From NCBI GenBank assembly GCA_964016885.1, contig OZ024743.1, positions 113,956,001 through 114,020,000 on the forward strand: a DNA stretch of 64,000 nucleotides, in the 5' to 3' direction. The translations under genes were made by a program, and so were the position numbers. Below are positions 11,843 to 25,400 of the stretch, piece after piece; position 1 is the stretch's first letter; each line of letters begins with the position of its first letter. The notes under the pieces are model-generated. The model did no database searches. It was not told where the DNA came from and saw only the letters and a list, made by a program, of their open reading frames with translations. The stretch is from Eledone cirrhosa (lineage: Eukaryota).

Positions 11843-12730
11843 CCCCCACTTAACAACCGGGCTGAGAGAAATGAGCTGACATGGCTAACTTAACCATAGT
11901 GACCATTCACAGCCTACGGCCTGCTATCTTCACACACACGCACGTATATGCATACCCATACGCATACACACACACATCTATATTTATACACGCACACATG
12001 TTTTTACAACCTACCACCTTTCACACCCTTTGATTTCCAGCTTCTACAGCCCACTATCTTTCACACACAAACGCACTCACACATATACACACACAGTTAC
12101 ACACACATGTATACCCATACGCTTACACACACACATCTATATTTATACACGCACACATGTTTTACAACCTACCACCTTTCACACCCTTTGATTTCCAGCT
12201 TCTACAGCCCACTATCTTTCACACACACACACACTCACACATATACACACTTACACTTATACACACACAGTTACACACACATATATATTTACACACACAT
12301 ATCTTACGGCTTTCACATGCTAGCGCACCCTCTTGATTTAACCCATTTGGTCAGTAGCTTTTGCCACAGCCTATCACGCGCACGCGCATTCTTTCCCTCG
12401 TTTAAATTTTAAATAATTTTCTCCCCATAACGGCATTCCTGTCTTAACGACATCACAACTTTCTCCGCTTGGCCTGTTCCCCCCCTTTTGGAACTTTCCC
12501 CCGTTGATGGGCGTGAGCCCGAAATATTGGGATTAAATCTCTACTACGGTAACCCTTCTACCTTTGTTTTGTTTTCATCTTTGTCTCTCTCAATTTTCAC
12601 TTTCACCTGTTTTTCCTGTCTATCTTTCACTTCCTACCTCGAGATTTCCCTCTGCATTGTTGTGGCTTTCTTAAATACGTATTTTACACATTTCACAATG
12701 CTTCAAGCAAACTTTAACACCCTCTTAACA
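11843..12730 (+). mobile_element. Possible Penelope-like element 3' fragment / pseudo-LTR
   Basis: Inserted in (TA)n. Starts with PPLNNRAERNELTWLT* (like a GIY-YIG ORF end), has an internal tandem duplication, a hammerhead-like motif at 12497-12532 and a pyrimidine-rich tail. Confidence 0.4.
12497..12532 (+). ncRNA. Degenerate minimal hammerhead-like motif
   Basis: TCCC-CCGTTGA-T-GGGC[GTGA]GCCC-GAAA-TATT-GGGA. Stem I and the GNRA-capped stem II are perfect, but the core has two substitutions. Confidence 0.4.
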
Positions 12731-12799
12731 TACATATATATATATATATAAATCAAAGTGTGTATACATACATATATATATGTATATATATATATATAT

Positions 12800-15700
12800 A
12801 TGTAGGCACCTTAAAAGGTCGCTCTAACGAGGTTGTAGAAATGCTTGAACGTAAGGAGGTCGATGTTTGCTGTATTCAAGAGACCAGGTGGAGGGGTCGG
12901 TCTGCTAGATTCATTGTGGGTAAAAAACGATGCTATAAGCTTTTCTGGGTGGGAAATGACAATGGGTTGGGTGGAGTAGAAATCATGGTAGCAGAAAAGT
13001 GGGCAGATAAGATAATAGACGTAAATAGAGTGAACGACAGAATAATTGAAATAAGACTTGTCCTCAATAGAACTACTGTGACAATAATATCTGTATATGC
13101 ACCCCAATCCGGACTGCCTGGCGTTATAAAAGACAGGTTCTATGAGTCGTTAATGCTCACTACCTCCCAAATAACCGACAGTGACTACATAATTATCGCT
13201 GGCGACCTAAATGGTCACGTTGGACAACATTGTGACAGCTATGACGGAATCCATGGAGGCTATGGGTTTGGTACTGGAAATGAGGAAGGCTCCAGAATCC
13301 TGGAATTCTGTGACGCAAATAACCTAACTATCTGTAACACTAACTTCAAAAAAACGAGACAATCACTTGATCACCTATAGATCAGGGGAACACACCAGCC
13401 AGATAGATTATATCCTTACCAGAAGATGTAACAGAGTGTCTGTTGTAAACACTAAATCCCTCCCCCATGAAGAATGCACCTCTCAACATAGACTCATAAT
13501 TAGCGACCTCATAGTCAGGACGAGACGTACTCGACGACAGAGGAGGACTATCCTCAGGAGAAAAATATGGAAGCAAAAGGACCCCACAGCCAGTAATAAA
13601 TTTAAAAGCATATTACTTGATGCTTTTGATAGTAAGGAAGAACAATTAGAGTCGTACAATATAGAGGAACAGTGGGATTCCTGAAAGCAAACCTGCTGAA
13701 GGCGACAGATGAAATCTGTGGCTGGAGCAAACCTATAGGCAGGAGGAGAGTAACTTGGTGGTGGAACAGTAAGGTGGAGGAGTCAATCAAGGCCAAAAAG
13801 CAGGCTTGGAAAGTATGGCTGGATGGGGGAAGTAGAGAAAACTATCAAGCGGCCAGGAGGGAAGCTAGGAGACAAGTGTACTCCGCAAGAAGGGAAGCAG
13901 AAGAAAGAAAGTTCAAGCATGTTCTACAACGCGAGGACCAAAAACATGAGGTGTTCAGGATTGCTAGGCAATGTGTCAAGGAAAACCGTGATATTGTCGG
14001 GGAGAAGTGTGTCCTTAATGATGATGGTGTACTTGCCATCACTGATGCTGATAAGAAGGTAGCTTGGAAGTGTCACTATGAAAGACTACTAAATGAGGAG
14101 AATAAATGGGAGAAAGACAGTCTCCCCCACATCGATCCAATAGAGGGACCAGCAGTGCAAGTTGAAGGTAGTATAATAAGTAAGGCGATCAAAGATATGA
14201 AGACAGGCAAGGCAGCTGGGCCTTCGGAAATAGTTGCTGAAATGCTGAAAGCATCTGGAACAGTGGGACACACTATGGTCACCCGGATAATAAACCAAGT
14301 CATACAGAATGGGGTCGTTCCGAAGGACTGGCGTAGCAGCATCATCATTAACTGCTACAAGGGTAAAGGAGATGCCCTAGATAGGGGAAACTATAGAGGC
14401 ATTAAATTAATTGACCAGGTCATAAAGGTCACAGAAAAAGTAATAGCGCAACTAATCAGAGAGCGAATTGATCTAGATGAAATGCAGTTCGGGTTTGTGT
14501 CAGGTTAAAGTACCACAGACGCTCTTTTCATTGTATGACAACTACAGGAGAAGTACCTAGCTAAAAGTAAACCCCTATACTTAGCTTTTGTTGACTTGGA
14601 GAAAACCTTTGACAGAGTCCCACGCCCTATTATCTGGTGGACTCTCAGAAAACTAGGTGTTGACGAATGGCTTGTGAGAGCTATACAAGCCATGTATAAA
14701 GAAACAGTCAGCAAGGTTAGAATTAACAACGAATATAGTGAAAACTTTAGCGTAAAAGTTGGTGTTCATCAGAGCTCCGTCCTTATCCCCCTCCTATTTA
14801 TTATTGCCCTTCAGGCTACAACAGAGGAGTTCAAGACCGGCTGCCCATGGGAACTCCTATACGCAGATGATCTAACGCTCATAGCTGAATCAATGACTGA
14901 ACTAGAGAAGAAATTCCAAACATGGAAGCATGGCCTAGAATCAAAAGGCCTTAAAATTAACCTGTCTAAGACTAAAGTTCTAGTTTGTAGGAAGGAAAAT
15001 AGGGCACTGGTCCCATCTGGGAAATGGTCATGCTCAGTGTGTAGGAAAGGAGTAGGCAGAAACTCCATTTTATGTCCCAAATGCAAAGTATGGGTGCATA
15101 AAAGATGTAGTGGGATCACAGGTAAGCTAACTCAGAATATAGATTTTATAAGTGGCCAGTGCTCAGGTGCAATAAGTAGCAGCCCACAGAATACTAGCTC
15201 ATTCCATTGCGCAGATGGTTCTATACAAATAGTGGACACCTCCTGCGTGACAAAATCAGCAGTGGTGGAGGGTGCTCTGAAAGTACAGTAGCTAGAGTCA
15301 GAACTGGATGGAAAAAGTTCAGAGAGCTTATACCACTATTGGCCGCTAAAGGTTTCTCTCTAAAAATGAAAGGCAGGCTGTATGATGCCTGCATACAAAC
15401 AGCAATTTTACATGGCAGTGAGACTTGGGCATTGTGTGCAGAGGATATACGCAGACTGGAGAGGAATGAAGCTTGCATGCTCTGTTGGATGTGTAATAGT
15501 AATATACGTGAACGGCAAAGCATAAATGAACTAAGAGAGAAATTAGGAATAAGAGGATTCAGGTGTTGTTTACTCAAGAGAAGACTACGTTGGTATGGTC
15601 ATGTGATGCGCATGAAAGACGACAGCTGTATAAAAAAGTGCAGGGCGATCAAAATAGACGGTAGCCACGGAGTAGGCAGACCCAGAAAAACCTGGGACGA

Positions 15701-16187
15701 CTTGATAAATTACGACCTCACACGCTTACACCTCTCCAAGACAATGTCACTGGACCGAGATCTTTGGTGCTACACAGTAATACAGAAGACCTGCCTTGCC
15801 TAAGTACAAAGTGAAACCTACAGTCAGTAGGCACCTCTTAACAAAAATACACCCCGTCCCACTACCCCCACCCCATTCACACTACCCCTTTCGATGTAAA
15901 GTCATGTTGGTACCACAACATCCAGTCTAAAATAAATGAGGTCGTGTAGGTGTCACAACAAAAAAACACACAGTCCACGCTGTAATGTGGCCGTGTAGGT
16001 AACATGGTAAAAACCTCCAATTCCACACCGTATATGTGGTTGGTGTTAGGAAGGGCATCCAGCCGTAGAAAACCCGCCAGACAGTCCTATACGAGCAAGA
16101 CAACCAATCTTGCCTCAAGTGGGAAAATTCCCGTCCAAACCCATGCAAGCGTGGAAGATGGACGTTAAACGATGATGATGATGATGA
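12800..16187 (+). mobile_element. RTE-like LINE family 2 (APE + RT with PHD-like finger), multiple frameshifts/stops, long 3' UTR and (GAT)n tail
   Basis: CIQETRW, YAPQSG, GDLNGHVG, IDYIL, QHRL, MQFGF, LLYADDL, LHGSETW, RLRWYGHV in consecutive ORFs; tail GGACGTTAAAC(GAT)n. Confidence 0.95.
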
Positions 16188-16432
16188 TATATATATATAT
16201 ATATATATCAAAGTGTGTATACATACATATCTATCTATCTATATATATATATACATATCTATATATATCTATCTCTATATATATATATATATATACATAT
16301 CTATATATATATATCTATCTCTATATATATATATATATATACATATCTATATATATATATCTATCTCTATATATATATATATATACATATCTATATATAT
16401 ATATCTATCTATATATATATATATATATATAT

Positions 16433-16770
16433 GGAGGCACATGGCTTAGTGGTTAGAGCATTGGCCTTGCAATCGAAAGGTTGTGAGTTCAATTCTCAGA
16501 CCGGGTGATGTGTTGTTTCCTTGAGCAAGACACTTTATTTCACATTGCTCCAGTTTACTCAGCTGTAGAAATGAGATGATAGGGACTGGTGTGCCTATCA
16601 TTCCACTGTAAAGTGGTCGTGGAGGTGCCACTGCAAAAAAAAAGCACCCAGCACTCACTGTAAATGAGGTTGGTGTTAGGAAGGGCATCCAGCTGTAGAA
16701 ATCAAGCCAGAATCAGTTACCGTCCCACCCTTGCAAGCAGGGAAAAGTGGACGTAAAATGATGATGATGA
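16433..16770 (+). mobile_element. tRNA-derived SINE family B with RTE-derived tail (representative copy). Others at about 3620-3963-, 17535-17826+, 24395-24732-, 27280-27616+, 45195-45538-
   Basis: A box TGGCTTAGTGGTTAGAGC, B box GAGTTCAATTCTC, CORE/V-like TCCTTGAGCAAGACACTT, 3' GTTAGGAAGGGCATCCAGC...GGACGTAAAATGATGATG shared with LINE family 2. Confidence 0.9.
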
Positions 16771-17081
16771 TACATATCTATATATATCTATATATATATA
16801 GATATATACATATTTATATATATCTATATATATATAAATATACATATCTATATATACATATCTATATATATCTATATATATGTAGATAAATCTACCAAGA
16901 GTTTACGGTAGTGTCCAATCCGTATGAAGAACTCAATGTAGTCCGGATATCATGGAAAGAAGAGATGCAATGAAAAATCACTTTCGGTGAAAGATAAACG
17001 GAATACAGAGTCAAGATAAAATATTAAAAGAATAATGAATAAAACAATGAAACAGTTCCTTATATTAAACAAAAAAAGTTC

Positions 17082-17218
17082 ATTATTTAACGATCGTTTC
17101 TAGGATATATATGTTAGAATTGGCATGCATATTCAACAGATCTATGTACAAAATTATACAAACTATCAAGATTAAATATACATACCAAACACACATATAT
17201 GCCGTCTTCAGAAATAAT
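17082..17218 (-). ncRNA. Type I hammerhead ribozyme motif (HHR-E, left mirror copy)
   Basis: Reverse complement of the 17217-17365 motif, lacking a 10-bp internal duplication. Confidence 0.7.
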
Positions 17219-17365
17219 TATTTCTGAAGACGGCATATATGTGTGTTTGGTATGTATATTTAATCTTGATAGTTTGTATAATTTTGTATAATTTTGTACA
17301 TAGATCTGTTGAATATGCATGCCAATTCTAACACATATATATCCTAGAAACGATCGTTAAATAAT
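17217..17365 (+). ncRNA. Type I hammerhead ribozyme motif with long stem II (HHR-E, right copy)
   Basis: ATTATTT-CTGAAGA-cGGCATATATGTGT...ACACATATATATCCta-GAAAC-GATC-GTT-AAATAAT. Perfect 7-bp stem I; palindromic stem III region AACGATCGTT. Confidence 0.7.
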
Positions 17366-17453
17366 GAACTTTTTTTGTTTAATATAAGGAACTGTTTCAT
17401 TGTTTTATTCATTATTCTTTTAATATATTATATCTATATATATAGATATATAT

Positions 17454-17497
<44 letters not shown>

Positions 17498-17829
17498 CTA
17501 TATATATATATATATACATATCTATATATATATAGGCACATGGCTTAGTGGTTAGAGCATTGGCCTTGCAATCGAAAGGTTGTGAGTTCAATTCTCAGAC
17601 CGGGTGGTGTGTTGTTTCCTTGAGCAAGACACTTTATTTCACATTGCTCCAGTTTACTCAGCTGTAGAAATGAGATGATAGGGACTGAGGCAAAAAAGCA
17701 CCCAGCACTCACTGTAAATGAGGTTGGTGTTAGGAAGGGCATCCAGCTGTAGAAATCAAGCCAGAATCAGTTCCCGTCCCACCCTTGCAAGCAGGGAAAA
17801 GTGGACGTGAAATGAAATGATGATGAAAC

Positions 17830-18384
17830 ATATCTATATATATCTATATATATATATACATATCTATATATATAGATATATACATATCTATATATATATA
17901 TATATACATATCTATATATATCTATATATATATATATATATATACATATCTATATATATCTATATATATATATATATACATATCTATATATATCTATATA
18001 TATATATATACATATCTATATATATCTATATATATCTATATATATATATCTATATATATCTATATATATATATATATATACATATCTATATATATATATA
18101 TATATACATATCTATATATATATATATATACATATCTATATATATATACATATCTATATATATATATATATACATATCTATATATATATATATATACATA
18201 TCTATATATATATATATATACATATCTATATATATATATATATACATATCTATATATATATATACATATCTATATATATATATATATACATATCTATATA
18301 TATATATATATACATATCTATATATATATATATACATATCTATATATATATATATACATATCTATATATATATATATACATATC

Positions 18385-18424
<40 letters not shown>

Positions 18425-18456
18425 CATATCTATATCTATATATCTATATATACATA

Positions 18457-18526
<70 letters not shown>

Positions 18527-18536
18527 TATATACATA

Positions 18537-18579
<43 letters not shown>

Positions 18580-18664
18580 CTATACATATCTATATATATA
18601 TATACATATCTATACATATACATATCTATACATATCTATATATATATATACATATCTATACATA

Positions 18665-18709
<45 letters not shown>

Positions 18710-18711
18710 CT

Positions 18712-18755
<44 letters not shown>

Positions 18756-18792
18756 ACAGACTGATATTTTTATATATATATATATATATATA
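17830..18792. repeat. Compound (TA)n / TACATATC microsatellite (also 16230-16431)
   Basis: Direct inspection. Confidence 0.95.
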
Positions 18793-18939
18793 AAAATCAA
18801 AGTCTGTATACATACATATTATATGAGAGAGGGAATAGTTTCATATAAGCATTCAATTTATTTTCATTTGCCATTTCATCTATTTTGTTTGATATATTAT
18901 TATAGATATCATAGTTTTGAAGTCCATTTTTCTATACTG

Positions 18940-19951
18940 GCATACACACACATACATATTTATATATATGCATACATGCACACACTACACACACATATAT
19001 ATATTTATATATATACATACACATACTACACACACAAACACAAAGTGCTTGAATTTACAAGCTGGAGAAAAGTAGAAGAAAAAAGTTTGTAACAGAATAT
19101 ATTTGAATAAATATAAAATAACATATATACACACACACACATACATATATTTATATATACATACATGCACACATGCTAAACTACAGACACACACACACAA
19201 ACACATATTTATATATATGCATACATGCACACACTACAGACACATATATATTTATATATATACATACACATACTACACACACACAAACATATTTATATAT
19301 ATACATACACATACTACAGACACACACACAAACATATTTATATATATACATACATATACTACAGACACACACACAAACATATATTTATATATATGCATAC
19401 ATGCAGACACTAGACACACATATATATTTATATATATACATACACATACTACAGACACACACAAACATATTTATATATATGCATACATGCACACACTACA
19501 CACAGACACACATATATTTATATATATACATACACATACTACAAACACACACACACACACATATTTATATATATGCATACATGCACACACTACAGACACA
19601 TATATATTTATATATATACATACACATACTACAGACACACACACAAACACATATTTATATATATACATACATGCACACACTACACACACACATATATATT
19701 TATATATATACATACACATACTACAGACACAAACACACACATATATTTATATATATACATACACATACTACAGACACACGCAAACACATATTTATATATA
19801 TGCATACATGCACACACTACAGACACATATATATTTATATATATACATACACATACTACAGACACAAACATATTTATATATATACATACACATACTACAG
19901 ACACACACACAAACATATATATATGCATACATGCACACACTACACACACAC

Positions 19952-19982
<31 letters not shown>

Positions 19983-19999
19983 TACATGTTACACTACAG

Positions 20000-20034
<35 letters not shown>

Positions 20035-20217
20035 AACACACATACATGTTACATTACAGACACACACACACACACACATATACATGTTACACTACACACA
20101 CACACACACACACATGTTACACTACACACACACACACACGTTACACTACACACACACACACACACACTACACACACACACGTTACACTACACACACACAG
20201 ACACACATATATATATA
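18940..20217. repeat. CA/TA compound minisatellite (CATATTTATATATATACATACACATACTACAGACAC-like unit)
   Basis: Direct inspection; source of the overlapping H/T/Y/I ORFs. Confidence 0.92.
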
Positions 20218-20850
20218 GTGTTTGTTCCATTCCCAACCTTCCACCAATGCAAATCAGTTTACTGTTGTAAACTCCATTTATACTTATTGAAATTTAAAAA
20301 TTCAAAACAGCCATAGAGTTTGCTTTATGAACACTTATGTGTGATTTTTCTCTAGGAGACCAACTTCTGTCAGTCTGAATTGCTGTTTACTGCTCTCAGT
20401 TAATTTGGCTGTCACTGAATGTGTGCATGTGCATGTGTGAGTGTGTGCACGTGTATGTGTGAGTGTGTGCACGTGCGCGAGGAAGAGAGAGAGAGAATGC
20501 ACATAAAACCTCATGCATGTGTACTGATATAAGTACATATAATATGCATATGTATATGTTCATCTAAGTGTATATGTGTATATTTCTGTGCATGTCCATC
20601 TATGTATAATATATATGTATATATATATATATATATATGCCAGTTTTATCTATGTATATGTATATGTGTGAGTATGTTTATGTATATGCATGTATATGTA
20701 TCTGTTCATCTGAGTGCACGTGTGTGTTTTATGAATGTATATATATATATATATGCCTGTTTTATCAATGTATATGTATATGTGTGAGTATGTTTATGTA
20801 TATGCATGTATATGTATCTGTTAATCTGAGTGCATGTGTGTGTTTTATGA

Positions 20851-20891
<41 letters not shown>

Positions 20892-22801
20892 GTGTGTGCG
20901 TGTGCTTGAGTATTTGAATATACCAATACGTACACACATCTATGTATATACCCAGTGTGTAGTATGTGTTAATACTTTCCACAGTTATATTTTAAAATAT
21001 GGCTACATCTTCTTAAGATGATTTACTTTGTAAAAACCACAGACTATTGATTTTAGAAAACACAGACGTTAGATGATAATGATGATGATTATAGTGATGG
21101 TGGTGGTGATGGTGGTGGTGATGGTGGTGATAGACATGAACGAGAAATGGAAAATATAACTATGCTTTGGCTTTGTAGTTACGTTTTGTTACTTGTCTTT
21201 ATATTTTGGATTATTTAATCACATTTAGGGTCTATATCAGAGGGGTCACAGAGCCCTTCAAATATTTGATGACATGTATCTCAAACAGAATAAAAGGGTA
21301 CTTAGTGTCCAACCCACTTAACACCGAATTTTGAAATACACACTCTCTCCTGAGGACCCCAAAGCAATTTTGTTCCACCTAGCATAAATAGTTTTTTGAA
21401 GATCCTGCCTGCAGTATTTGAGTGTGTAGGGTACACACATTGTGTATGCAAGCGCACAATTTTTACAATGCCAGCTTCCATTAGAAATGGGGTGATCTAC
21501 ACAATATATGCACCCAGTACACTCTGTAAAGAGGTTTGTGTGATAGGACGAGTATCCAGCTACTGGAAACCTATCAAACAAAGGATACAGCTGTGCCAAA
21601 GATATGACAACTTCCCTAGTGTTGATACCATGAGAAAATGCTCTTGGTAAAGTGCAGGATAATATGTTCATCCCCCAGCTCAACTGGAGCACAGAGTTTC
21701 CTCGTGGTACCAACCAGTTTGTGACATGTCCAAGAAGACCTGCTAGCAAGGAAAATGGGTGGTAAATGATGATGATGATGTCATAATTTGTACAATTTAG
21801 TAGATTATATTTACATAGAGCAATGTTATATGCTGTGACACAATAGAAAAAAAAAGGTGTGTGTGTGTGCATATATCATCATCATCATCATCATCACCGT
21901 TTTACGTCCGTTCTTCCACGCTAGCATGGGTTAGACGGGTTGTCCTGTTGTGGGCAGTGTCTGGTCGGCTGACCATGCCTTGCTTATACAGGAACTGATA
22001 ATAATATATATATATATAAAGGCATGTTAGATAATTTGATTCACAATTATGAGGTTGTGATTTCAATTCCCGGACCGGGCAATGCATTATGTCCTTGAGC
22101 AAAACACTTTATTTCCCGTTCCTCCTCCTGCCTGGATTTGCGACCAGCAGATAGCATTAGCAATTGGAAAGACCAATGGAAACATTGTTTCCTTGGTCTG
22201 ATTTGACGAGCTCCACCCCACTCGTTAAGTGAATGAGGTCTGGGATCTTGTTGATCAACTGTCTATATAAAAATAAAATCTTTACTGGAGTGGGCCATGT
22301 TGTCCAAAACATGACTGAGGTGTGAATCATGATCTGAAAGGTATTGCTATTACGTTAGATATAGCCTGTGTCAATACTAATCAAAATCTTAGAAGAATTG
22401 TTGCTTATATATATCATCATCACATCATCATCATCACCGTTTTACGTCCGTTCTTCCACGCTAGCATGGGTTAGACGGGTTGTCCTGTTGTGGGCAGTGT
22501 CTGGTCAGGTGATTGGGTCTTGCTCATACAGAACCAATTTTGGCTCAGTTTCTACAGCTGGATGCCCTTCCTAACACCAACCTCATTTACAGTGAGTGCT
22601 GGGTGCTTTTTCGTGGCGCCTACACGTCCACTTTACAGTGTGGGCTGGGTGCTTTTTTGCCGTGGCACCTCCACGACCACCTTGCGGTGGGTGGGTGGGG
22701 GGGGGCATATTGTCTATATGCTTCAGCTTGTACCCATGGGAGGTCGAGTACTCTGTATTACTGCGTGACGCCAGAGGTCACGGTCGTGTGTCATTGCCTT
22801 T

Positions 22802-22839
<38 letters not shown>

Positions 22840-22849
22840 CAACAATTCT

Positions 22850-23228
22850 TCGTTAGATGTGCAATATATGTATGAGAGAAAGGCAGAACTTGGATGAGCT
22901 GAGGAAGGAGCTGAGGAAGGAGAAGCTGGGTTTAAGATGAATCTGAGGTGGTGTGCAGGAGAGAAGACTACGTTGGTAGAGAGGTGGTGCACATGGACAA
23001 TGATTGCTGGGTGAAGAAGTGTCAGGAAATGCCAGTGGAAGGAAGTCGCAGTAGAGGATGACCAAGAAAGACCTGGGCAGAGGTTGTGAGAGCTGACCTC
23101 AAATAGCTTAGACTGACAGAGGCGATGACAAAGGAATGTGGCAAGTGGAGTGGTGCCGTGCTGAGATGGACCCATCCAACCCATGCAAGCATGGAACAAC
23201 GGCTGTAAAAGTGATGATGATGATGATA
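22850..23228 (+). mobile_element. Degraded 3' end of a related RTE LINE
   Basis: Remnants of RRLRW and GRPRKTW coding; tail CCATGCAAGCATGGAA...(GAT)n. Confidence 0.7.
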
Positions 23229-23368
23229 TATACACACATACATGCATATACATACATATACGATGATGATGTACATACACATATATATATGTATGTACAG
23301 ATATATATATATATGTACTTGTGTGTGTATGTGCATATGTATGTACATGTGTGTATATATGTGTATAT

Positions 23369-23401
<33 letters not shown>

Positions 23402-23471
23402 CATACATACACATATATATGTATGTATATATATATATATATATATATTTATATACATACATATATATGTG

Positions 23472-23532
<61 letters not shown>

Positions 23533-24091
23533 ATATATATACACATATATACTTCTATATATCTACACACATGTACATATGTACATACACACACAAAAGT
23601 GGCAATTTTAGTTGATATCTTATTTCAAATGGGTGGCTCAGAAAATTTAAGTAAATTGCTCTAAATATTACATTTTGTTGTCAGGGCTTTCGTGAGAAGG
23701 GTGTGTCACAAGTTTATCAACTTTTTAAGTTGGTGGTGGCCCAGTTACTCAAAGGTCATCCCACCTTCTGAAAGGTCAACAATGCTTCGTATACCCTTAT
23801 GATTTGCACTGATCTGTTTCTATGGCTACAGCAGGCATTTAAGTAACTCTGGCTAAGTCCACCTGGGAGTAAATACAATTTACAACTATGGGAAGAGTTT
23901 CAATAATCTTCTCAGTGTTGTTTGTATCTCTAATAAAATACACTACCTATATGTTTCACTGAATTTATCATTAACCCTTTTGTTACCATATTTTATAATA
24001 ACAAAAATATGACCTAAGTCTTTCAATTAATTTTGAAAATCAGAGAAAATTTAGAGGAAATTAATAAAATAATTTACCTTTTCATTATTAA

Positions 24092-24313
24092 CCCTTTAGC
24101 ATTTACATTACTCTATATATACTATTGTATTTTCATGGTAAAGGCTTTACCTCACATAGTTATCTTACATAATATGAAATCCTATAAGATTTTGATATTA
24201 TTTGTTTTGAGAACAATACCATAACATCAGTATGAGCAGCCAGTTGCAGCCGGTTTGAGTAGGAGGAGGTGAGAGAATTCTGGCCAAATACAGTGGGTTT
24301 AAATGCTAAAGGG
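24092..24313. mobile_element. piggyBac-like MITE (TIR CCCTTTAGCATTT, TTAA TSD). Other copies at 2937-3139, 28888-29280 (with SINE A inserted), 50583-50800, partial about 32290-32470
   Basis: TTAA|CCCTTTAGCATTT ... AAATGCTAAAGGG|TTAA with a conserved interior of about 220 bp. Confidence 0.88.
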
Positions 24314-25039
24314 TTAAGCTGATGTTTGAAACATTACTTTATAAATTTTCTTTAAAAACATCTTGATGAAAGGTTTTAATATATATATATATAATCATCA
24401 TCATCATCTTTTTACGTCCACTTTTCCCTGCTTGCAAGGGTGGGACGGGAACTGATTCTGGCTTAATTTCTACAGCTGGATGCCCTTCCTAACACCAACC
24501 TCATTTACAGTGAGTGCTGGGTGCTTTTTTTCTGTGATACCTCCACGACCATTTTGCAGTGGAATGATAGGGACCCCAGTCCCTATCATCTCATTTCTAC
24601 AGCTGAGTAAACTGGAGCAATGTGAAATAAAGTGTCTTGCTCAAGGAAACAATACATCACCCGGTCTGAGAATTGAAATTACAACCTTTCGATTGCAAGG
24701 CCAATGCTCTAACCACTAAGCCATGTGCCTCCATATATATATATATATTTTAAAATGGGAATTTTGTATACTAAAATCAGAGCAGTTTCATGCAGTTTAG
24801 TATCAAAAAGATTAAATTACAGGACCTGAATATGATCAGAACACAAATTTATATGAAAGTCCCCAGAAAGTCAATTAGTGCCAATGCTAAGAGCTCAAGG
24901 TTTCAAGGTATCAGAAGTATTGTGTATAAGAACCTTTGATTACAAGTCATATGTAGAGGCCAATTAATGTCAGAATAGACAAAAAATAACCATCTGATCA
25001 ACAGAAGCTAAGTGCATTCCATCAAAGATTATGAAGTTT

Positions 25040-25400
25040 GTGTAGGTGTCACGACAAAAAGTACCTAGTCCACACTGTAGAGTGGTCATGTAGGTGTCAG
25101 AACAAAAATCCCTGTCCACACTGTAAGGTGGTCATGTACGTGTCAGAACAAAAAGCCCTGTCCACACTGTAAGGTGGTCATGTAGGTGTCACGACAAAAA
25201 GCACCCAGTCCACACTGTAAAGTGGTCGTGTAGGTGTCACGATAAAAAGCACCCAGTCCACACTGTAACTGAGGTTGGCGCTAGGAAAGGCATCCAGTCG
25301 TTGAAACCAAGCCAAAATTGGATCTGTATGAGTATGACATGGTCACCTGATAACTCAGGATAACTCGTCTCACCCATGCCAGTGTGGAAAAGTGGACGTT
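25040..25400 (+). repeat. RTE 3'-UTR-derived element with five tandem units of about 45 bp
   Basis: TGTAGGTGTCACGACAAAAAGCACCCAGTCCACACTGTAAAGTGGTC x5, then GTTGGCGCTAGGAAAGGCATCC...GGACGTTAAA tail. Related elements at about 8410-8790, 22415-22740, 42585-42980 and 57605-57915. Confidence 0.75.

Larger units (their letters stand above)
17021..17426. repeat. Spacerless palindrome of about 400 bp centred at 17217/17218, carrying HHR-E in both arms
   Basis: Centre GCCGTCTTCAGAAATAATTATTTCTGAAGACGGC; arms match except for short indels and a few substitutions. Confidence 0.93.

Noticed and set aside
16433-16505. tRNA genes at SINE heads
   Set aside because: A and B boxes are present but no proper cloverleaf acceptor stem; each continues into a SINE body.
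16446-16688. Recurrent ORF MPFLTPTSFTVSAGCFF...QCSNH as a gene family
   Set aside because: Antisense reading of SINE family B copies.
16172-20939. YI/HT/CV-rich ORFs (also 22723-23664, 35786-36769, 53401-53708)
   Set aside because: Translations of (TA)n, (CA)n and (ATC)n microsatellites.
23795-23865. Candidate next receptor exon after acceptor ctcccag
   Set aside because: The required phase gives R-W-T-stop.
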